20,000 bases of DNA from an uncultured virus (IMG/VR IMGVR_UViG_3300022868_000018) (lineage: Duplodnaviria; Heunggongvirae; Uroviricota; Caudoviricetes): IMG/VR virus record IMGVR_UViG_3300022868_000018; one strand, 5' to 3'. Made by a program: the position numbers and the translations under genes. The notes beneath the pieces are model-generated. The model did no database searches, was not told the DNA's origin, and saw only the letters and a program-made list of their open reading frames with translations. Shown in pieces: positions 15,470-20,000 of this stretch (positions are counted from its first letter, which is position 1; each line of letters opens with the position of its first letter).

Positions 15470-15600
15470 TATCATCTCCTGTCGCGGCTGGCTGGCTCCC
15501 CTGGTGGGGAGGCGAGGCCCCGTGGATGGGGAACCAGCCATTGCCGCATCGTCTCTGCCAACTGAGCGGGGAGGCATCGCAGGCAGAGACTGCTCGTTAT

Positions 15601-16800
15601 CTATTCGGGCAGACTACCCTGCTCCGCTGGCAACGAACTCACGTACTCGTAGACCTGGAACCGCTCTCCGGCGTCCAAGTGCGCGATCCCCGGCTTCTCA
15701 ATGCCCGCCTCGGAAAGCAGGTCAGGCTGCGCCTCGGGCTTGTAGCGCTTGGCAAGCCACCGGCTGAACTCCATGACCGGGACTTTTTCGCTGCTCCACT
15801 CCTCGGTGTTGTACCCGGTGCCGCTGTCCTCCGGTTCCTCGGGAGGTGTCTCGTCCTCGAATTCACCATCCAGTACGTCGTCATCGCCCTCAGGTGCGTC
15901 CTCAGGCCCTTCGTCGGGTTCGGTGACCGGCAGGACCTCTGCTGCCTCCGCGCCGCCCTCAGCGGCTCCTGGCGCTGCCACTGCTACGCCCAGATTCTCG
16001 CCGAGCCGCCGCACCCACCGGCGAACTTCGGCCTCGCCGCTGACAGGTATCTGCCCCAACTCATTGACGCCAAACGTATCTAACTTCCAGTCGGAGTAGG
16101 ACTTCGCAAGTTTCTTCTTCGCCGCCTGGTCGAGGTTCGCGTCATGCACGATCCGCGTCATCTCCTCGTTGATTTCATCCACGGTATCCATGTCGAGCGT
16201 CCGGTGACGGTCTACGGCCGCCTGCCCGCGCCTCTCGGCCTCCGCTATCTCCTCGGCACTGAGCACACGCGGCTCTGAGAACGCCTCCGGGATGTCCTGT
16301 GCCTCATCGCGTTCGACGCAACCGGCGAGTGCTTGCGGGGCGAACCAGCGGATGGCATTGGTCGTTGCCCGCGCCCTCATCATCTGTTTCGGCCATGTCG
16401 TCCACGCGCCGCCACCCTTGATCAGTCCCGCCTTCTGCGCCTCCGCCAGCAGGAACGTCTCCTCGTGCAGGTCGTCAGGCTGTTCCTTATGGTGTATCGA
16501 GATGGTGCAGCCCTCCGCGTCCTCGCTGACTATACGGATGCGATACCCCGCGTTGATAGCCCGCTCTCGCATGAGTTCTGCCGACATCGAGACGCGCCCC
16601 TTGACGACATACAGGGAATCGAGTGCGTGTCCCATGCCAATCCCCAGCTCGAAGCCGCGCAAAGCGACTAACGCAACGTCTGCTTTGCTCATGCCCTTCA
16701 GCGCAGTAATTTCCTGCGCGTCCATCGCAGTGCTAGCCCACTTGTGGATGCTCGATGTCTCCGCGTCTGTCGGGTAGAGCTTTACAATCTGCGTGTCCAT
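15601..16800 (-). CDS. RecT/Red-beta-like ssDNA-annealing protein with acidic C-terminal extension
   Basis: GFELGIG..AL..LYVVKGR..MSAELM...AQKAGL..W..WPKQMMRARA...R..AP.AL.G; located in a recombination cluster. Confidence 0.8.
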   Translation of the reverse strand: MDTQIVKLYPTDAETSSIHKWASTAMDAQEITALKGMSKADVALVALRGFELGIGMGHALDSLYVVKGRVSMSAELMRERAINAGYRIRIVSEDAEGCTISIHHKEQPDDLHEETFLLAEAQKAGLIKGGGAWTTWPKQMMRARATTNAIRWFAPQALAGCVERDEAQDIPEAFSEPRVLSAEEIAEAERRGQAAVDRHRTLDMDTVDEINEEMTRIVHDANLDQAAKKKLAKSYSDWKLDTFGVNELGQIPVSGEAEVRRWVRRLGENLGVAVAAPGAAEGGAEAAEVLPVTEPDEGPEDAPEGDDDVLDGEFEDETPPEEPEDSGTGYNTEEWSSEKVPVMEFSRWLAKRYKPEAQPDLLSEAGIEKPGIAHLDAGERFQVYEYVSSLPAEQGSLPE

Positions 16801-16801
16801 G

Positions 16802-17482
16802 TCATTCCTCCTGTGCTGCTGGTGGTCGCGGTGTTATTGTGATTTTGTCATCGCGCACGTCTGCTACTGCGAAGCCCAGGACCTCGCCAGTGGCCTTCCA
16901 TGTCACTGCCCCGCCCGGGAGAATGTCCACAAACTTCTTCATATTGCCACGCTTGAGCGCCGTCGTATGTTTCAGCAGCTTGTCCTGTGTTTCGAAGCTG
17001 TCCAACGCCTCGACCCATGCGACCGCAGCCTCCTCGTCGTACTCCAGCACCGGCTGTTGGGTCTTGGCAGAGATACTGCCATTCGGCAACTTCCACGTCT
17101 TGCCACGCCCGAGGATCGCCGCGATGGGTTCGCGGAAGTCATCCCACGCGCCTTCGAGCATCCAGCGGATGCGCGTGTATTCACGTTCGTGGTCTCCGGC
17201 AAGCGTTTTCCGCAGTTCTTTCAGGGCCTCAATCTCGGCCTCGTGCGTGGCGATCTGTTCATCCACGCTCCCCGTGATTGCGCCTATCTCACCGGCCAGT
17301 GCCTGGAGCCGCTTCATGTAGCGGTCAATGATGGGCCGGGCCTGCGCGAAATTGCCCTCCGTTTTCTGCCCGATCCAGCCGTAGTACTCGGCAGTGCTGG
17401 CCTCTTCGCTGAGTTCGTCCTCGAACGGGTTCTCCTCCTGCGCTTCCTGCGCTTCCTGCGCTTCCGTCGGTATGTCAGTCAT
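16802..17482 (-). CDS. Mu Gam-like host-nuclease inhibitor family protein
   Basis: Coiled-coil N-terminal half, then KTWKLPNGSISAKTQQPVLEYDEE...TGEVLG; directly upstream of the annealase. Confidence 0.7.
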   Translation of the reverse strand: MTDIPTEAQEAQEAQEENPFEDELSEEASTAEYYGWIGQKTEGNFAQARPIIDRYMKRLQALAGEIGAITGSVDEQIATHEAEIEALKELRKTLAGDHEREYTRIRWMLEGAWDDFREPIAAILGRGKTWKLPNGSISAKTQQPVLEYDEEAAVAWVEALDSFETQDKLLKHTTALKRGNMKKFVDILPGGAVTWKATGEVLGFAVADVRDDKITITPRPPAAQEE

Positions 17483-17805
17483 CCCAGTCTCCCCTCTCTG
17501 TCCTGTTCGTTCTCCATAACCTCATCCTCGTCGCACTCAGGCTCTGCGGCCTCATCGGTCAGCCGTAACTTCAGGTCGTCGCCGTGCTCCGCGTATAACG
17601 CATTCAGCGCCTCCTTTTTGCCGACGAACGCGGTCAGTTCCTCGACACTCATCAGGTCCAGCTTCTCCTGCGCCTCATCGTACAAGACCGCCGCCGCGTT
17701 GTCCTCACCTATTGCCTCGACGAACTCTGCGACTTTCATATCGTCAACCTGGTCACTGGCCCTCTGCCAGCGCACGTCGTAAGCGTCTACCTGGTGGCGG
17801 GCCAT
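17479..17805 (-). CDS. acidic hypothetical protein
   Basis: SD GGAGG/GAGG; overlaps both neighbours. Confidence 0.7.
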   Translation of the reverse strand: MARHQVDAYDVRWQRASDQVDDMKVAEFVEAIGEDNAAAVLYDEAQEKLDLMSVEELTAFVGKKEALNALYAEHGDDLKLRLTDEAAEPECDEDEVMENEQDREGRLG

Positions 17806-18224
17806 TCGACCTCTACCTCCGTTCGCGGCACTTCGCTAAACGCCTTCTCGATGACCTGCTTCGTGACCTGTGCGTCATCATGCCAGACGTGCATGTCAGT
17901 CATACAGTCCTCGACGAGCTTGCAGACATTGGTGCAGTCGGGCTTGCTGATCCAGTCAAAGGGGAAAGGCTTCGTCTTCGTTGGCCGCTTCGGGTAGCTG
18001 GCCGGCTTCTCCTTGAAGAAGCGGATAGTGAGGATGACCGGCCCGTCGATGGCTGTCCATCCTGGGGGGAATGCCTGCTCAATGCAGGCCCGCACATGGA
18101 CCTTCCAGTCCTTGCGGTCGGGCGTGTCTACGCGCCGCGCATGAGGCCCCATTCGAACCTGCTGCTTCCTCTCACTCTTCGGGACGCCTGGGACGACGAA
18201 CTTGAATGTCGGCATGTCAGACAT
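17787..18224 (-). CDS. rusA: RusA-family Holliday junction resolvase
   Basis: FVVPGVP.S...GPVILTIRFF..KP...KPDCTNVCKLVEDCM..VWHDDAQV...K.F...PRTEVEV. Confidence 0.9.
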   Translation of the reverse strand: MSDMPTFKFVVPGVPKSERKQQVRMGPHARRVDTPDRKDWKVHVRACIEQAFPPGWTAIDGPVILTIRFFKEKPASYPKRPTKTKPFPFDWISKPDCTNVCKLVEDCMTDMHVWHDDAQVTKQVIEKAFSEVPRTEVEVEWPATR

Positions 18225-18426
18225 CCCCTATTCCTACGGTCGGCTGGTCCAGCCCGTCAGCCATCTTCCGAAGGAGAACTGCCCGTATCCGACGCGGTAC
18301 CGGCCACTCTTCACATAGCGTAGTGACGCAGTAGCCCTCGTCGCAAAGCATCGCGGTACCGTCGCATTGAGAAAGGCCGAGTGCCCGTTCTCTCCACAGG
18401 TTTTCCACGCGCTTCGCCTCATCCAT
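18217..18426 (-). CDS. hypothetical Cys-containing protein
   Basis: SD GGAGGTG; overlaps both neighbours. Confidence 0.65.
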   Translation of the reverse strand: MDEAKRVENLWRERALGLSQCDGTAMLCDEGYCVTTLCEEWPVPRRIRAVLLRKMADGLDQPTVGIGDV

Positions 18427-18661
18427 CGGTCTGCACCTCCGGGCACTGCTTCTTGTGGAGCTTCTCGATGCGCTTCGCCACCTCGTAGCTCGGTCGCCGA
18501 CGGCCCTTGCGAAACTGCCGAAGGTGTCCCTCTGCTATATGCAGGGTCTTGGCGAGAGCCTTTTTCCCACCGTAGAGGTCGTATGGCCCCTCCACCAAAT
18601 CCCGCAACTGTTCTCGCCAAATGCCCCGCTTCTCAGTGCGCCGCTTCTTGTCTGACCCCAT
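18419..18661 (-). CDS. Cro-like XRE HTH regulator
   Basis: KKALAKTLHIAEGHLRQFRKGRRRPSYEVAKRIEKL; first gene after a consensus promoter; SD AAGGAG. Confidence 0.85.
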   Translation of the reverse strand: MGSDKKRRTEKRGIWREQLRDLVEGPYDLYGGKKALAKTLHIAEGHLRQFRKGRRRPSYEVAKRIEKLHKKQCPEVQTDG

Positions 18662-18696
18662 GCGATTGTCTCCTTTTGCGTCGCTTTTGCGTCGGT

Positions 18697-18725
18697 AGCA
18701 TACACGACCCGGAAACGGTTGTCAA
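18697..18725 (-). promoter_or_regulatory. sigma70-type early promoter
   Basis: TTGACA (18725-18720), 17-bp spacer, TATGCT (18702-18697); A-tract upstream. Confidence 0.85.
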
Positions 18726-18743
18726 GACATTTTTTCAAGCACG

Positions 18744-18775
18744 AAAAAGGGCGGCCCTTATGAGGTGGCCGCCCC
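18744..18775 (-). terminator. rho-independent terminator of the lysis genes
   Basis: GGGCGGCC-N10-GGCCGCCC followed by TTTTT on the minus strand. Confidence 0.85.
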
Positions 18776-18805
18776 TGTCTATATGGTGTCCAGTAATAGT
18801 TGCGC

Positions 18806-18997
18806 CTAGCGGATCACGAAGTCCTCCGGTGGCCGCCCGTGCTTCAACACCCACTCCGTGGCAGCGCCCAGATCATTCGCCATATCCTGCAGACTCATCG
18901 GTGGCTCAGAGCCCCACTTCCGAAACAGGATCCTCGCCACGTCACCCATCTGCCGCTCGATGTACGGCCACAACTTTTTGATTAGCCAGCGTCTCAT
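18806..18997 (-). CDS. hypothetical protein downstream of endolysin
   Basis: ATGA overlap with endolysin stop; SD AAGGGG. Confidence 0.6.
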   Translation of the reverse strand: MRRWLIKKLWPYIERQMGDVARILFRKWGSEPPMSLQDMANDLGAATEWVLKHGRPPEDFVIR

Positions 18998-19752
18998 AAG
19001 GCACCCCTTCTGCGTAGGTAGATTTTGTTCTGCTTCACCAAGTGGTCTGAGATTACCTCATAGCCCAGGGCCTCAGCCAGCGCCCGCAGGTTGCAGCGTG
19101 TGGTGCCGCCCTCAAGCACTGGTGCGCACGAGATGACTGCGCTACCCGGTAGCATGATGACCTTCAGCGGCCCCGTTGAGCCACCAAGCCGCTTCGCAAG
19201 TTCGGCCCGCACCCATGACATATTGACGCGGCTGCCAGGGCAGGTCTTGTTCGCCACGTCGCGGTGCGCGAAGCAACGCTCAACGGGAATGTCCCAGAGC
19301 TGGTGAACCATCGCCAGCACATCCAGCGACGTCGCCATCGCAATGCTGCTCTTCGGGTCTTCGCTATCGAAATTGCCGACGGTCTCAATGCCGAATGCGT
19401 AGTGGTTCGGCCAGTTGCGGTCGCTATTGCAGAGCGCAAAGACCTTCCTATTTCTCTGCTTGACATCAGCCCACGACCTGCTCACATGCGCATGACACCA
19501 GTTGCCTGCGCTGAGGGCGCGCCCGTTGTACACAAGCCCGTCCGGCGCGGTGTAGGCGTTGGCCGCGATGTCACTCCAGCCGAGGCCGAGGTGATACCGC
19601 CGGATGCCCTCAATGGTGTTCAGGCCTTTGTACTGGCTCGCGTTCGGCGACCACGTATGATGCAGGACTGTGGCCCGTGGTGCGCGGTGTCCCATCTGGC
19701 CGCGCAGGTACTGCTCAAACTCGCTGAGTGTGTGCGCCCGGATTGTGACCAT
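18994..19752 (-). CDS. endolysin, N-acetylmuramoyl-L-alanine amidase (Amidase_2) with C-terminal copper-amine-oxidase-N-like domain
   Basis: VLHHT, GWSDI, GIETVGNFD, AHRDVANKTCPG; C-terminal PVLEGGTT...LRALAEALGYEV. Confidence 0.9.
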   Translation of the reverse strand: MVTIRAHTLSEFEQYLRGQMGHRAPRATVLHHTWSPNASQYKGLNTIEGIRRYHLGLGWSDIAANAYTAPDGLVYNGRALSAGNWCHAHVSRSWADVKQRNRKVFALCNSDRNWPNHYAFGIETVGNFDSEDPKSSIAMATSLDVLAMVHQLWDIPVERCFAHRDVANKTCPGSRVNMSWVRAELAKRLGGSTGPLKVIMLPGSAVISCAPVLEGGTTRCNLRALAEALGYEVISDHLVKQNKIYLRRRGAL

Positions 19753-19758
19753 CGCGCA

Positions 19759-20000
19759 TCACGCCCCTTTGCCCTGTTCGCTATCGTCCCATTCCGTGAC
19801 CATCGCAATATGCTCTGCCGCCTTCGCCGGAGCCCGCGCAACGTCACGGACGATCTTCGGTGCGTACATTGCTACCATTGCGATTGCCAGCACCGCTACC
19901 CATCCAGGCAGGATGCCCAGCACACCGCAGGTGGTTGCGGTCACGGTCAACACCCCCGCGATAGTTGCTGCCCACTCGCCGCCAAGCCCAGGGATCACCC
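19759..20000 (-). CDS. putative holin (two TM segments); start may lie beyond the window
   Basis: Two hydrophobic segments and a charged C-terminus, directly upstream of the endolysin. Confidence 0.55.
   Translation of the reverse strand, partial: VIPGLGGEWAATIAGVLTVTATTCGVLGILPGWVAVLAIAMVAMYAPKIVRDVARAPAKAAEHIAMVTEWDDSEQGKGA

Noticed and set aside
4385..19306. Long plus-strand ORFs (e.g. 4954..5739, 8795..9502, 16793..17782)
   Set aside because: Antisense shadows of well-supported minus-strand genes in GC-rich DNA, with no recognisable motifs.
1..20000. Avoidance of CCWGG/CCSGG sites as a sign of adaptation to the R-M system
   Set aside because: Both site types are readily found (e.g. CCTGG at 183, CCGGG at 321); no count was done and the enzyme's specificity is unknown.
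1..20000. tRNA, CRISPR array, retron or diversity-generating retroelement
   Set aside because: No cloverleaf, repeat-spacer array, reverse transcriptase or adenine-specific repeat pair was seen.

Overview
A 20 kb segment of a GC-rich tailed phage or prophage (possibly a phage-plasmid). A rightward block (1-4033) holds small genes, a partial ParB-like HTH protein, a broken XRE gene and a catalytic-domain-only tyrosine recombinase. It ends at an intrinsic terminator at 4045-4078. The rest is leftward: holin-like gene, Amidase_2 endolysin, terminator, then a consensus promoter ahead of a Cro-like HTH, RusA, Gam-like, RecT-like, an array of small accessory genes, a 3D-domain protein, a replication initiator and a DnaC-like ATPase. 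Best-supported finding: a complete 2542-bp IS1595-family element (6114-8655; 24-bp terminal IRs, 8-bp target duplication TTCCATTT) carrying an SPPY-type DNA methyltransferase and an MvaI/BcnI-type endonuclease coupled to the transposase. Also notable: six divergent copies of one FlbD-like domain, a structured leader with a uORF ahead of the replication gene, and repeated gene-junction sequences. All protein family calls are motif recognition by eye, not database searches.
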